A DNA stretch of 63,967 nt, filler included, from Octopus bimaculoides (GCF_001194135.2; 9 parts of 8 records of this genome joined end to end with filler, not necessarily neighbours in it), one strand, 5' to 3'. Positions 26,470 to 39,726 are shown, counted from the first letter of the whole stretch. The notes: generated by a model from the letters alone, not told the origin. Numbers and translations: made by a program.

Positions 26470-26700
26470 TTGCCGAATTGAATTCTGTAGACGAGGTCAG
26501 AACAGTTTGGAGGAGTATTTTCCGTCACGGACAAGTGAATTTTGGAAGAGGAGGCCTTGCAAGTCTACCAGATAGATGGAAGAGCAGTGTAGAAAATGAA
26601 AGAGAGTATATTTTAGATTAAAAAAAGGACTTTGTTTATCTTAATTTTGAAAAATAAAAGAAGTATAAAAAACTGCATAAGCATTTAAGGACACAAATAT
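26470..26700 (+). mobile_element. mariner 3' remnant, same family as 61540-61959
   Basis: Similar to about 61740-61935 (TGTAGACGAGGT...CCAGATAGATGGAAGAGCA...GAGAGTATATTTTA). Confidence 0.7.
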
Positions 26701-26714
26701 AGTTTAAGGCTATC

Positions 26715-27042
26715 ACACACTGGCTGTCCGTCGATTACGGCGACAATGGTTCAAGTTGACCCGATCAACGGAAAAGCCAGCTCGTGAAATTAACGTGCAA
26801 AGTGACTGAGTACTCCACATACATGCGTACCCTTAACGTAGTTCTCAGAGAGATTTAGCGTGACATAGAAGGTGACAAGGCTGGTCCTTTGATATACAGG
26901 TTCTGTTCATTTTTGCCAGCTGAGTGGACTGAGGCAACGTGAAATAGTGTCTTGCTCAAGGACACAACGTGCCGCCGGGAATCGAACTCATGACTTTATG
27001 ATCGGGAGCCGCATACATTTAACCACTAAGCCACGCGCCTTC
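26715..27042 (-). mobile_element. tRNA-headed SINE (family D tail, alternative head and centre)
   Basis: Head GCGTGGCTTAGTGGTT...GAGTTCGATTCCC at the right end; 3' module shared with 46137-46520; centre shared with 16111-16435. Confidence 0.78.
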
Positions 27043-27104
27043 GCATTATCTTTAAACTCGTTAGAATCTTCAGTTCTATTTGTATATTACTATTTAAGTC
27101 AACA

Positions 27105-27337
27105 AAGGCGGCGAGCTGGCAGAAACGTTAGCACGCCGGGCGAAATGCTTAGCGGTATTTCGTCTGCCGCTATGTTCTGAGTTCAAATTCCGCCGAGGTC
27201 GACTTTGCCTTTCATCCTTTCGGGGTCGATTAAATAAGTACCAGTTTCGCACTGGAGTCGATGTAATCGACTTAATCCGTTTGTCTGTCCTTGTTTGTCC
27301 CTTCTGTGTGTAGCCCCTTGTGGGTAGTAAAGAAATA
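27105..27337 (+). mobile_element. Family-A SINE, full-length reference copy with a 15-bp TSD
   Basis: A-box-like TGGCAGAAACG, B box GAGTTCAAATTCC, CORE-like CTTTCATCCTTTCGGGGTCGATTAAATAAGTACC; perfect TSD ACTATTTAAGTCAAC at 27089-27103 and 27338-27352. Confidence 0.92.
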
Positions 27338-27431
27338 ACTATTTAAGTCAACCAACAATAGGATGACAATGCGATGACGATTATATGGTTCCAGGTTCAG
27401 TTCTCCTGCTTGGTGCCGTGGNNNNNNNNNN

Positions 27432-27465
<34 letters not shown>

Positions 27466-27469
27466 TGTG

Positions 27470-27670
27470 TTGTTTGTATTCGTGTTTGTCCCCCGCCCCG
27501 CCACTTGGCAGTGTTGGCTTGTTTACTCCTCCGTAACTTAGCGGTTCGGCAAAAGTCCCCGATAGAATAAATATTAGGCTTAAAAGTAAGTCCTGGAGTC
27601 GATTTGTTCGACTGAACCTTTCAAGGCAGTAACCCAGCATGGCCGCAGTCCAATGACTGAAACAAGTAGA
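27470..27670 (+). mobile_element. Family-B SINE 3' module
   Basis: Similar to 3960-4090 and 62890-63100. Confidence 0.75.
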
Positions 27671-28151
27671 ACATACGAATGTTAATATATTTCTCTCTTT
27701 CCCTTGAAATATAAACAAAGTCTCCGACATTGCCTTCCTAGCATATTCTTCTCTTCTTTACACTAAACAGGTACACGTTCAAGTGCTTTCTTTTACATGA
27801 TTCAACATGATATATAACAGCTATAAACGCACATGTCCCAGTGTTTGAGTGCAACGCTTGCGTTATAGGAACAGGTACAAAAATTTAATCGTTTAATGTT
27901 TTTGTGTGTGTAATTGTTGTAGTTGTTGCAATTTTTCTCTTTTTACCAGATCTAACTAGGAATGTTGTCTATGGCGATAGAAATGAAATAGCTAATAGCG
28001 GAAGGTTCATAGCGTTCAACTCATAATCGACGCACGATAAGAACTGAACGAGTTAAGATAGCTTTTGCGTCCACTTGATATAAAACAATACTTGAGTCTG
28101 AAAGAACCGGCATTTCTTGGTTAATAGCTGTCAGCATTTAGATAGATTGAC

Positions 28152-28214
<63 letters not shown>

Positions 28215-28215
<1 letters not shown>

Positions 28216-29028
28216 TTCTTTTATTAGCCACACAGGGCTCAACGAAGATGGGACAAATACAATGTAGAGCTTTTCTTTTTGGGAGGGGGAAGGGGNNNNN
28301 NNNNNNNNNNNNNNNNNNNNNNNNNNNNNNNNNNNNNNNNNNNNNNNNNNNNNNNNNNNNNNNNNNNNNNNNNNNNNNNNNNNNNNNNNNNNNNNNNNNN
28401 NNNNNNNNNNNNNNNNNNNNNNNNNNNNNNNNNNNNNNNNNNNNNNNNNNNNNNNNNNNNNNNNNNNNNNNNNNNNNNNNNNNNNNNNNNNNNNNNNNNN
28501 NNNNNNNNNNNNNNNNNNNNNNNNNNNNNNNNNNNNNNNNNNNNNNNNNNNNNNNNNNNNNNNNNNNNNNNNNNNNNNNNNNNNNNNNNNNNNNNNNNNN
28601 NNNNNNNNNNNNNNNNNNNNNNNNNNNNNNNNNNNNNNNNNNNNNNNNNNNNNNNNNNNNNNNNNNNNNNNNNNNNNNNNNNNNNNNNNNNNNNNNNNNN
28701 NNNNNNNNNNNNNNNNNNNNNNNNNNNNNNNNNNNNNNNNNNNNNNNNNNNNNNNNNNNNNNNNNNNNCCGTCGTTCACACGTGCCATCCTTGCTACATT
28801 CACCCATCTTTTTTTGAAGCATTCACTAGACAAGACTTCCCTTTCTACTCTCACCTTCCTCTTCAGGTGATACTTGAAGAAGTTGATGAGAGATTGCCCA
28901 GAGAGGAAAGTCTTTGTCTCTAGACCTTTCAGACGCGTCCACCATACACATTCTTTCGCCATAGCCACAAGTACGATGAAAATAGCTCTTCCTTCCCGTT
29001 TAAAGGAAGGAGGCACGACAATATTCAC
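28215..29028 (-). mobile_element. Tx1/L1-clade LINE 3' portion flanked on both sides by (GATA)n
   Basis: Open frame VNIVVPP...MAKECVWWTRLKG...RWVNVARM (resembles the Tx1 ORF2 C-terminus); 3' end with AATAAA then (CTAT)n; 5' junction at (GATA)n at 29029. The middle is an N gap. Confidence 0.78.
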
Positions 29029-29082
<54 letters not shown>

Positions 29083-29499
29083 CAGACAAATAGATAAATA
29101 GATAGATAGATAGAGAAAGAGGAGGGAGAGAGAGAAATATTTTATTAACATTTTTAACGTACATCTAAATAATAAATAGATAACTAAATGTTTCTCAAGT
29201 GTTGTGTAGAGGCCCAGAGTTGTAGAGAGAAATGCAGCGGACAGAGGATTTCAAGTCCTTCCTATGAAGTACTTTTAAAATGAGTGATTATTATTGCACT
29301 GTGTTTCCTGTCACTGTGATTTCATAATCAATCATTTCTTTTCAACAGTTGTCATAGATGATGATTTACAGTACAATAATGAAGTATTTATGATCTGTCA
29401 TAATCCAATTAAAACAGCATCGAAACATCTAGAACCTAGCTATAGAACCTAGAAGAATATCCCAAAAAGAAGTATTACAGCGAACATCAAGATTTAACT

Positions 29500-29800
29500 A
29501 TCTTCATGAGGGGGCTCAAGAAGTGGTTTCGCCGTAAAAGGTCAGAGCTCTTCCACTTGAGTCGTAGCACCTACCCTAGGACAATATACTAGTCTGTTAT
29601 TCCATTCTGGTACCCACCCCACGTTTGACGGAGATGGGCATCAAAATTATCCCTTACTCTCCCTACAGTCCGAAGTTTACTCCCTGTCACTTTTGGTTGT
29701 TCCCGAAGCTGAAGAAAATCCACAGGAGTATACATTGAGAAGAGGTTGTGAAAAGGGTCCTAGATGTTTTTCAGGATATGTGAATTGTAGGTTATGCCAA
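29500..29800 (+). mobile_element. Degenerate mariner transposase fragment
   Basis: EMGIKII.YSPYSP..TPC.FWLFPKLK motif, corresponding to the mariner PYSPDLAP.DF.LF region. Confidence 0.7.
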
Positions 29801-29954
29801 CAGTAATAGCTATAAAGATAAACGCTTATCTCTAAATTCCTCAGGAGAAGCAACCGATTAAGTAACGTCTTCAGTAAGAAGGGGTTTAAATTCTAGGGCC
29901 ATGTAAAGACCCACGTTTTGAGCCCGACTGAAAACTGTTGTGCTGGTCTATCTC

Positions 29955-30036
<82 letters not shown>

Positions 30037-30340
30037 ACAAGCATCACATGACTGGAAAGAGTCCAGCAATGAAATTTATTTGGCGCGTCAAAACAACGAC
30101 GGAGTTGACTTTTAAACTGGTTGAATCAATATTTCTTCAGAGAATTGCTATCCTACGAGGAAATTGAAACTAAACAATTTATTGCGAAACAATGATTTGT
30201 CTAACGTGTTACTTCATTTTGCGTTGTGTAATTCATACTATAACATCGACAATAAATTATGTTTTGTTTTCCTCTTACGATGCTCTTGTTTTTCCAGCTG
30301 TAAGATGAATCATGGGCAATACTGCATATACATACATACA

Positions 30341-30376
<36 letters not shown>

Positions 30377-30440
30377 TACATATACATATACATACAAACA
30401 CACACACACACACACATACACACACACACACACACACATA

Positions 30441-30672
30441 TAGGCGTAGGAGTGGCTGTGTGGTATAAGCGCAGGAGTGGATGTGTGGTAAGTAGCTTGC
30501 TTACCAACCACATAGTTCCGAGTTCAGTCCCACTGCATGGCACCTTGGGCAAGTGTCTTCTACTATAGCCTCGGGCCGACCAAAGCCTTGTGAGTGGATT
30601 TGGTAGACGGAAACTGAAGGAAGCCCGTCGTATATATGTATATATGTGTGTATGTGTGTGTATGTGTGTCTG
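30441..30672 (+). mobile_element. Family-B SINE with a duplicated 5' head segment
   Basis: GGCGTAGGAGTGGCTGTGTGGTA followed by GCGCAGGAGTGGATGTGTGGTA, then the normal body. Confidence 0.88.
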
Positions 30673-32029
30673 NNNNNNNNNNNNNNNNNNNNNNNNNNNN
30701 NNNNNNNNNNNNNNNNNNNNNNNNNNNNNNNNNNNNNNNNNNNNNNNNNNNNNNNNNNNNNNNNNNNNNNNNNNNNNNNNNNNNNNNNNNNNNNNNNNNN
30801 NNNNNNNNNNNNNNNNNNNNNNNNNNNNNNNNNNNNNNNNNNNNNNNNNNNNNNNNNNNNNNNNNNNNNNNNNNNNNNNNNNNNNNNNNNNNNNNNNNNN
30901 NNNNNNNNNNNNNNNNNNNNNNNNNNNNNNNNNNNNNNNNNNNNNNNNNNNNNNNNNNNNNNNNNNNNNNNNNNNNNNNNNNNNNNNNNNNNNNNNNNNN
31001 NNNNNNNNNNNNNNNNNNNNNNNNNNNNNNNNNNNNNNNNNNNNNNNNNNNNNNNNNNNNNNNNNNNNNNNNNNNNNNNNNNNNNNNNNNNNNNNNNNNN
31101 NNNNNNNNNNNNNNNNNNNNNNNNNNNNNNNNNNNNNNNNNNNNNNNNNNNNNNNNNNNNNNNNNNNNNNNNNNNNNNNNNNNNNNNNNNNNNNNNNNNN
31201 NNNNNNNNNNNNNNNNNNNNNNNNNNNNNNNNNNNNNNNNNNNNNNNNNNNNNNNNNNNNNNNNNNNNNNNNNNNNNNNNNNNNNNNNNNNNNNNNNNNN
31301 NNNNNNNNNNNNNNNNNNNNNNNNNNNNNNNNNNNNNNNNNNNNNNNNNNNNNNNNNNNNNNNNNNNNNNNNNNNNNNNNNNNNNNNNNNNNNNNNNNNN
31401 NNNNNNNNNNNNNNNNNGTGCTCTTGTTTTTACGAGTTGAGTCTGTTTTGTGCCCAGAATCTAAGGAGGAACAAAGCAGAATAAAAATCATTATGTGATG
31501 GACGTGGGTGACGGAAAAATTAGAATTTATAAATAAAATATTTTCCTTTGTCATTTTCTTTTTCTTAAAATAGAACATAATGGGTATTTTCTCGCAGTTT
31601 GTTAACCAGGCACGAAATCATGTGATGATGCCACGATGTTGTATTTCTACAATCATTTGCTTCCATACATTCCTTCATAACACTATTATTCTTTTAGTCT
31701 TTTACTATATCAGTCATTGGATTGTGCGACCCTACTCGGGCCACCGCACAATATAGATACAAAGATACGTCAGTTATATCGACTCCAGTGTTTATTCCTA
31801 TCTGGTATTCATTTTATCGAATTTTATTTATCCAAAATGAGACGGTTTGGCACAGCTGACTGGACATACGGCTTGCTTTGGTGACAGTGCTTTTTGGCAC
31901 CGGCAACAAACGCGCGGGTGCACACATGCACACATCTATAATCGTCATCGGGGCGATATCTCGAGATCAAGGGTGATGGTCTTCTTTTATTTATTATTAT
32001 TTTTTAACATTATAGATGGGTCTTGGGAT

Positions 32030-32210
32030 GGCTGATGCGTCCATGTCTTGTTCAGAAGCTCGTTTCACAAGTGGTACAGGTGATCCCGCCTTGGTTTATC
32101 TTTTCTGCGCCTCTTCTTTACTTCTTTCTCGGTAACCCTACAAGTCTCAAAAGTTGTTACTTCCATTTTGATGATGGATCTCCAGCGTTCTCGATCCTGA
32201 ATAAATACAC
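32030..32210 (-). mobile_element. RTE (BovB-like) C-terminal fragment
   Basis: QDRERWRSIIK...FETCR...KKRRRK pattern typical of the end of RTE ORFs. Confidence 0.6.
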
Positions 32211-32224
32211 TCCAGCACAACTTC

Positions 32225-32518
32225 ACATGACTTATAGTTTCTTATTTCTTTATTGCCCACAGGGGGCTAAACATAGAGGGAACATACAAGGACAGACAAT
32301 GGGATTAAGTCGATTACATCGACCCCAGTGCGTAACTGGTACTTAATTTATCGACCCCGAAAGGATGAAAAGCAAAGTCGACTTCGGCGGAATTTGAACT
32401 CAGAACGTAACGGCAGACGAAATACCGCTAAGCATTTCGCCCGGTGTACTAACGTTTCTGCCAGCTCGCCGCCTTATAGTTTCGTGGGCGTATAGGACAC
32501 TTCAATCTCATCAGATGT
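32225..32518 (-). ncRNA. Hammerhead-like motif reconstructed after removing the SINE
   Basis: Minus strand without the SINE reads ACAT-CTGATGA-G...C-GAAA-CT-ATA-AGT-C-ATGT: stem I 4 bp, stem III 3 bp, GUC triplet. Stem II is poorly paired. Confidence 0.55.
32241..32475 (-). mobile_element. Family-A SINE with TSD, inserted into a hammerhead-like motif
   Basis: Full length; direct repeat CTTATAGTTTC at 32231-32241 and 32473-32483. Confidence 0.92.
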
Positions 32519-33303
32519 TCGGATAAAATAAAGAACCGGGCGTGCTCCCGATTTTCTGCGATCTATGTTCACACTCCACCGGATTTAACTTTGCCTCTCA
32601 TCCTTTCCGAGTGGATAAAATAAATTAAAAGGCATGCTTGATTAGATCTGACCTGGGGTTGAATGATTTCACCAATAAGTCTATTTGATCAGCCATTACC
32701 TTTTCATAAACAACAACTTTCCAAATGTATGTGTTTAAAATTAATTTTTATTCTCCGTTTTTCACAAACACGAACCAGTGGCCATATTGCCTGACCCTGG
32801 AAGTTCATTCTCGATTGCGGCAAGTTTTGTCTATAGCTGTTAGTTGGTAGCTAGCATAAATATTTTAATGATAACTTCAATGTGAACACGAACATTTACA
32901 GGAAATGAAATAAAATAAAATAAAGATTAGAAGCTTAGCGAGTGATGTAGGTATGTGTGAGGTGGCTTGCTATGGTGCTGGGTCGGCGTCAACAAGCAGT
33001 CGGGCACGGCGCCCCGCGTGCTTATCAGATTCATCTTTACTACTGTAAACCCGAAACACTATGAAGAGAAACAAAAAAGAACTCACACTCACACACATAC
33101 ACGAAAACTTACATTTATGCACACCTACATACATATATACACACGAACACATACAAACATATATACACATTCACGATCACGTGTAATCTCGTTCTCATTC
33201 ACACGTACAAACTCAACAGATGACGGACAATAACACAAACAAAGCAATAATTTATTTTTAAAACTATACTAAAACAAAACGTCTTTTTCACGCCATTCTT
33301 CAC

Positions 33304-33327
33304 CCCTAACCCTAACCCTAACCCTAA
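33304..33327 (+). repeat. (CCCTAA)4 interstitial telomere-like repeat
   Basis: Four exact hexamers. Confidence 0.85.
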
Positions 33328-34321
33328 TTCGTAAAAGCAAAACGATGTTCCAATCGTAACCACCGTTCTTTTCACAACAAGGTACTATACGAAGCATGAA
33401 GAATATGCCATTGTAATGAAGTCGTTATGTTATCACATAAATCCGATCTAAATAACAGAGCCAGTGGTAGTGGTGGCAGTGGTGGTGGTGGTGGTGGCGG
33501 CAGTGGAGGCGGGGACCCCCCATCCTTGCAAGAATTCAATATAAACACAATCCATTCATACAACAGGCGTTTTTGGCTTTTGATTGTAATTATTTTAGTT
33601 TTACATCTTTAAAAAAAAANNNNNNNNNNNNNNNNNNNNNNNNNNNNNNNNNNNNNNNNNNNNNNNNNNNNNNNNNNNNNNNNNNNNNNNNNNNNNNNNN
33701 NNNNNNNNNNNNNNNNNNNNNNNNNNNNNNNNNNNNNNNNNNNNNNNNNNNNNNNNNNNNNNNNNNNNNNNNNNNNNNNNNNNNNNNNNNNNNNNNNNNN
33801 NNNNNNNNNNNNNNNNNNNNNNNNNNNNNNNNNNNNNNNNNNNNNNNNNNNNNNNNNNNNNNNNNNNNNNNNNNNNNNNNNNNNNNNNNNNNNNNNNNNN
33901 NNNNNNNNNNNNNNNNNNNNNNNNNNNNNNNNNNNNNNNNNNNNNNNNNNNNNNNNNNNNNNNNNNNNNNNNNNNNNNNNNNNNNNNNNNNNNNNNNNNN
34001 NNNNNNNNNNNNNNNNNNNNNNNNNNNNNNNNNNNNNNNNNNNNNNNNNNNNNNNNNNNNNNNNNNNNNNNNNNNNNNNNNNNNNNNNNNNNNNNNNNNN
34101 NNNNNNNNNNNNNNNNNNNNNNNNNNNNNNNNNNNNNNNNNNNNNNNNNNNNNNNNNNNNNNNNNNNNNNNNNNNNNNNNNNNNNNNNNNNNNNNNNNNN
34201 NNNNNNNNNNNNNNNNNNNNNNNNNNNNNNNNNNNNNNNNNNNNNNNNNNNNNNNNNNNNNNNNNNNNNNNNNNNNNNNNNNNNNNNNNNNNNNNNNNNN
34301 NNNNNNNNNNNNNNNNNNNNN

Positions 34322-34353
<32 letters not shown>

Positions 34354-34642
34354 GTTCTAAGGTGTAGGTACGTGAGGTGGTCAAACTCTGCGTAAGGAGT
34401 AGACAACCACCAAATATACAGACATATATACATACACTAATATGCTTATATACATATATACATAAGCACACACGCTTATATGTTTATTTATATATACATA
34501 TACAAGTACATAACTATGTATGTATGTTTGCATGTATGTACGAATGCATGTATATATGTATGTATGTATGTATGTGTGTGTGTGTATACGTACATACATA
34601 CACACACTCACACACACATGTATGTACATACATAAACTATGT

Positions 34643-34691
<49 letters not shown>

Positions 34692-35178
34692 CATTATGTG
34701 TATGTATAAAGTCATGTGTGTATGCATTTGTACAGATATAAACACATACACATATGCGTGTGCTGTGTGTGTATGTGTGCGTGTGTCACAGTGTAAGTGC
34801 GAATGTAATGAAAGTGCGTGCGTATGTGTGTGTATGTGCGTGTGTGTTTGAAGAAGCTATGTAAACCATTCTCCTGTCGGTGGCTATGTTTATCTAAGCC
34901 GTCTCAGTTTCAACGGGAGGGCTGGTCTATCTTGTAGCACACAGGTCTGCCGCATCACGATTAGAGAACGATAGCGACATAAACAGCAGGGGAAGCTTTA
35001 ATATCAGCAATATTAGTAACAACAATAACAACAGCAACAACAACAACACCATTTTCAACACCAGAACCAATGAAGGGATCTCTCTCTACGCCGCAGCGTG
35101 ATCCGTCAGAAATAACAGCCAGAATATCCTGAAATCATATTCTACAATCTCGGCAGACGGAAGGACATATAAATAATA

Positions 35179-35232
<54 letters not shown>

Positions 35233-35414
35233 TACTATTATTTGTTTCATCACTGTACTGCAGTCATGCTGGAGCACCGCATTGAATGGTTTAAAGCCTT
35301 AGACGATCAAATCAACCGCAATACTTACTTTTTAAAGTGTGACACTTATTCTGACGGTCACTTTTGCCGACCCGCTAGGTTACAGAAAAGCAAGCAAACC
35401 AATAGTGGTTTTCA

Positions 35415-35515
<101 letters not shown>

Positions 35516-35763
35516 GTAGATTCGAGATTCTCCCAATGCTATGAATCGAGTGAGTTACAAACGCATATTCATTTGAAAAAAGTTGCTCTCTGATGAAACA
35601 CATCAGAGACTAGTATATTCACGTTCGAATGTGCAGAAGCGTATTTAAAATATCTTTGCAAGCCATCGCTTTGATTCTAACTTTACTCCATGCGTATAAC
35701 GATTTGATTGCTGAAGTTGTAAGCAAGAGCCATGAACTCATGTAGACTCATCAATACAGAGTG

Positions 35764-35812
35764 CTCTTAGCTGACGAGACACAAAGATGTCGAAACACCT
35801 GGTGTCCCGAAG
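35764..35812 (+). ncRNA. Type I hammerhead motif between direct repeats about 257 nt apart
   Basis: CTGACGA-GACA(CAAAGA)TGTC-GAAA-CAC-CTG-GTGT-C: canonical core, G10.1-C11.1 pair, GUC triplet. Stem I is partly mismatched. Confidence 0.7.
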
Positions 35813-36144
35813 TCTCCTTACGCTAATGAAACGAGAAATTGTTCTCCTGTGACGAAACATCAGCGATTAGTATATTCAAGTTCGAATCAATCAGAACATA
35901 AGCATCCATCAAATGTTCTTTCGACCTCGCCCTACTGCCTAAATACCAAAAGTCAGTATGGTCATGAGTGGAACGTCTTTTATTAATAGGGTTGCAAGAT
36001 CAATACTGGCCTGAGGATTAATCGATAACAGCAGCAACAACAACAACGATAAATGTTATTCTACAAGCGAAAACAACGCTTTTATGTGGTCGATCGACCG
36101 GCTAGAAATAACTGTGAAGCCTCCTTCAAATGAGATTTTACAGC

Positions 36145-36183
<39 letters not shown>

Positions 36184-36578
36184 AGGGACAGATACATTAG
36201 CTTGATTGTGAACACTTAGTCTTCAACATATGGAATGGTCACAATTGGAATGGCTTTGATCATAAGTTGACTAGGAGGCTAAACAACAGCAAGAGCAACA
36301 ACAATGACAACAACCGTTACTCTACGTTCCAAAGAATGGCTTATACAATGAAAGAGCGTGTGCTAGAAATAGCAGCCAAATCTCTCGCAAATCACCATGT
36401 TTATTCGACTACAATGCAGTCTCGAATACAATGCAACTTACGCCTGTCATTTTATAGCTAACAACCGGCAACATTTTTTTATCTTCTGGTATAAGGTGAC
36501 ACCGGAGTACAGCCAAGGCTGTTTGTATGTTGAGTGAAATATTGCAACAATTAAACACACACACAGACACACACACAT

Positions 36579-36609
<31 letters not shown>

Positions 36610-37659
36610 NNNNNNNNNNCACACACACAGACACACATACACACACACGCATACTCAGAGAAAACATATATTTGCACACATACACACACACAGAAACCCA
36701 ACAAACAACAAACAACCATTAAAACTAGTTCGGTGTCTGTTTTAGCTTAAAAGCTACTGAGTGAAGAATACAGAAATTATTAAAAAGAAAGTCATTCCTC
36801 ATGAACAAGTTTATTCGTTAAAACCAATTCCAATCGCATTCATCATCCGATTCTCCAAATAACTTGAGAGCCATTTTCCATCATTTACCTTTTCTTCTTC
36901 TTCTTCTTCTTCTTCTTCTTCTTCTTCTTCTTCTTCTTCTTCTTCTTCTTCTTCTTCTTCTTCTTCTTCTTCTTCTTCTTCTTTTTCTTCTTCTTCTTCT
37001 TCTCATATAGGTTTCAAATCTTGACACAAGGCCAGCAAATTCGGGAGAGGGGGCAAGCCGACTACGCTGATCCCATACACACACACACACGCACATGTGC
37101 GCGTGCAACTCTCCACATACACAACCGCATATATATATATACACACACACACGCATGTATATATATATATATATATATATACATAGACACATACACACAC
37201 ACACACATATCTACATACACATGCACACACATATATAGATACACACACACGCACACACACACACATACACACACACACATATATGCATACATATTTACAA
37301 ATATATTTCGAGGGAGAGATAGAAGGTGAGAGAGAGAAAGAGAGGGGGAGAAAGAGATAGATCATTCCACATAAGGTTGTTACACTCCTACCCATCCAAT
37401 TCATTACAGATGTCAGTCCTTAAAAGGGGTCTTCGAAACCAGAGAATTGAAGTAAAGCATTCCAGGCTATTCCTCAAGAGGCAACAGTTGCAAGGTCAAG
37501 CTTTTTAAGATTACGCCCCTCCCCCACCTCACCCCCGGCCCTTTTCCTTATTTTATCTTATGATATTCATGATATCCACCGATGCTAATTCCTTAAATGA
37601 TTTGTCTAAAATAACATCAAGGGACTAGTCAAAACCCATGGGTCTTTAGTTTGATGAAT

Positions 37660-38320
37660 GAAGGCATCAGGCAAAACACTTAGCGGCGTTCCTTCCGAAT
37701 ATTTACGTTTTGAGTTCAAGTTCTGTCGAGGTCGACTTTGCGTTTATCTTTTCACGGTCGATAAAATGAAGTGCCGATCGAGAAGAGGGGTTAATGACAT
37801 CGATTATCTCTGCCAAAGTTTCAAACCTTGTGCCTGGAGTTGAAAAAAATTATTATTATTTTTAAAGGAGTGAACTGGCAGAATCTTTAATGCGTCGGAC
37901 AAAATCCTTAGTAGCATTTCTTTCGGCTATTTGCGTTTTTAGTTCGGATTCTGCCGAGGTCATCTTTGCCTTTCATCTTTTTGGAGTCAATAAAATAAAA
38001 CCAGCTGAGCACTGACTTACACCCTCCCCTCAAAATTGCTGAAGTTGCATCAAAAATTTGAAACTTTTATAGTTTGATAAAAGGCGGCGAAGAATTGGTT
38101 TTGTCGTTTGAGTGTTGGATAAAATGCAACTTGGTAGTTGTTACTTCAGTTCGAATTCTGCAGAGGCCAACGTTGTCTTTTATCCTTTCGGGGTCGATAA
38201 ACAAGTTTCAATTCAGTGATGAAAGGGGTGAGGGTAGACTGACCAAAACTGTTAGAGCGTCGGGCGAGATATTTTGTGATATCTGCATAGTATCCTTGCA
38301 TTCTAATGGCCAAGTTGTAT
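37660..38320 (+). mobile_element. Head-to-tail cluster of 3-4 degenerate family-A SINEs
   Basis: Repeated B-box and CORE-like segments near 37710, 37940 and 38150, plus a partial head near 38240. Confidence 0.72.
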
Positions 38321-38989
38321 CAGTCTTTCGTTATTATATTTCTCATCAAAATATACCCCTTATGAGTTTCAATTAAATTCTAAAATAATCATGAACTTAG
38401 ACCAGTTTCACTAAACAACATTTTTATTTATCAATATATCGATGGGATTTTTGTAACACAATTAAAGAAAAGGTTCTTAATCAATTCGATTGCATAACTT
38501 TTATCTCAAAACGGCTCTGATTACAGGTAAATAAGGTAAATTCAGCAAAATATAAAAATATTACAATTTTGTTTAAACATCACCATAGAAAATGTGTCAT
38601 CAGCTAATATTCAATTGGGTTTGCAACAAAATTCTTAATATAGAAGAATTGTGCACATCACTAGATTATTAGTTGAATTTAATGCACAGAAGAACAGGTA
38701 AAATAACATGAAATGAAATACTGGAATTTGTTTTTGAAGAAAACTAGAAAATTAAATACAACTGAATGAAATATACTCACACACATACATGAATGCACAG
38801 GAACATATATAATAAAGATTTACAAGAGAAATTAAATCAAAACTTGTCACTCACCTTACAGGAAAATTAAAATTACAGGTAAATTAAAATAACAGGTAAA
38901 TAAAAAGTAAAAACAAAGTACATTTGAAAAATATTTATACAATCTAATCATACATATATACAATATTCATACAGTATTTCTGTCAGGGA

Positions 38990-39290
38990 AACTTGTAAAA
39001 CTTCCCACTCTTCATACTGCAACCTTGCAGAATGCACATTTGGATAAAGTTTCAACTGGCTGTCCACTGGGAGTTTTTCTTTGTTGATGTAGACATTCAC
39101 GGCACTGCCTTTTGCAACCCTCGATTTTTTTCTAACTTATGAAGATCGGCTGAACTCAGAGCGATATCTCTCTGGCAGGTTTTGCTTTTCTTTCCTACAG
39201 TTATTTGTTTGGAGGAATAACCTGCCCTCAACTGCGTTACTACATCTGCATGGAACTGCAGATGTTCGCACCTCTTTCGAGCCCTATCTC
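38990..39290 (-). pseudogene. piggyBac transposase C-terminal fragment (cysteine-rich domain)
   Basis: HLQFHADVVTQL...(frameshift)...CKRQCRECLHQQRKTPSGQPVETLSKCAFCKVAV*: the C-x2-C...C-x2-C pattern of piggyBac C-termini. Interrupted upstream by (TA)n. Confidence 0.72.
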
Positions 39291-39690
39291 TGTATATATA
39301 TATATATATATATATATCATTATGATGATAACAATAAAAATATAGCAAGCAATAACGCCATTAAGTGGCAAATCAATCAAATTTTATAATTAATAAACAA
39401 TTATAATAGAGGTTACAATAAGTGCCAGCTTGCTAGAAATAAGAGTTAAAATACTCAAAACGCCACCAAACTCACTGAAATCTTAACAGACAAGCAGAAA
39501 TCGTGCGAACGTGCAGAGAAAATTTAACATTTCAACCTAGCTGAAAGCTGTAGAATTGGGTAATAGATAGACCTGTATTATGATTTCGAATTCTGCATTT
39601 CTCCTCAATTCCCTTCAGCCAGCCGCCATGATTGACTGCTAGCGCCAAAAGATTTCTTTTTATCTTCTCCCTATTTATTTCCTCGTGTTC

Positions 39691-39726
39691 CTTTCAGTTG
39701 AAGAGCGTAGGCTCGAAACGTTAAAG
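39691..39726 (+). ncRNA. Degenerate minimal hammerhead motif in a short element (about 39560-39805)
   Basis: CTTT-CAGTTGA-A-GAGC(GTAG)GCTC-GAAA-CGT-T-AAAG: stems I-III present, core mutated. A sister copy lies on the minus strand at 51324-51359. Confidence 0.55.

Noticed and set aside
33304-33327. Telomeric repeat as evidence of a chromosome end or fusion
   Set aside because: Only four units, embedded in ordinary sequence.
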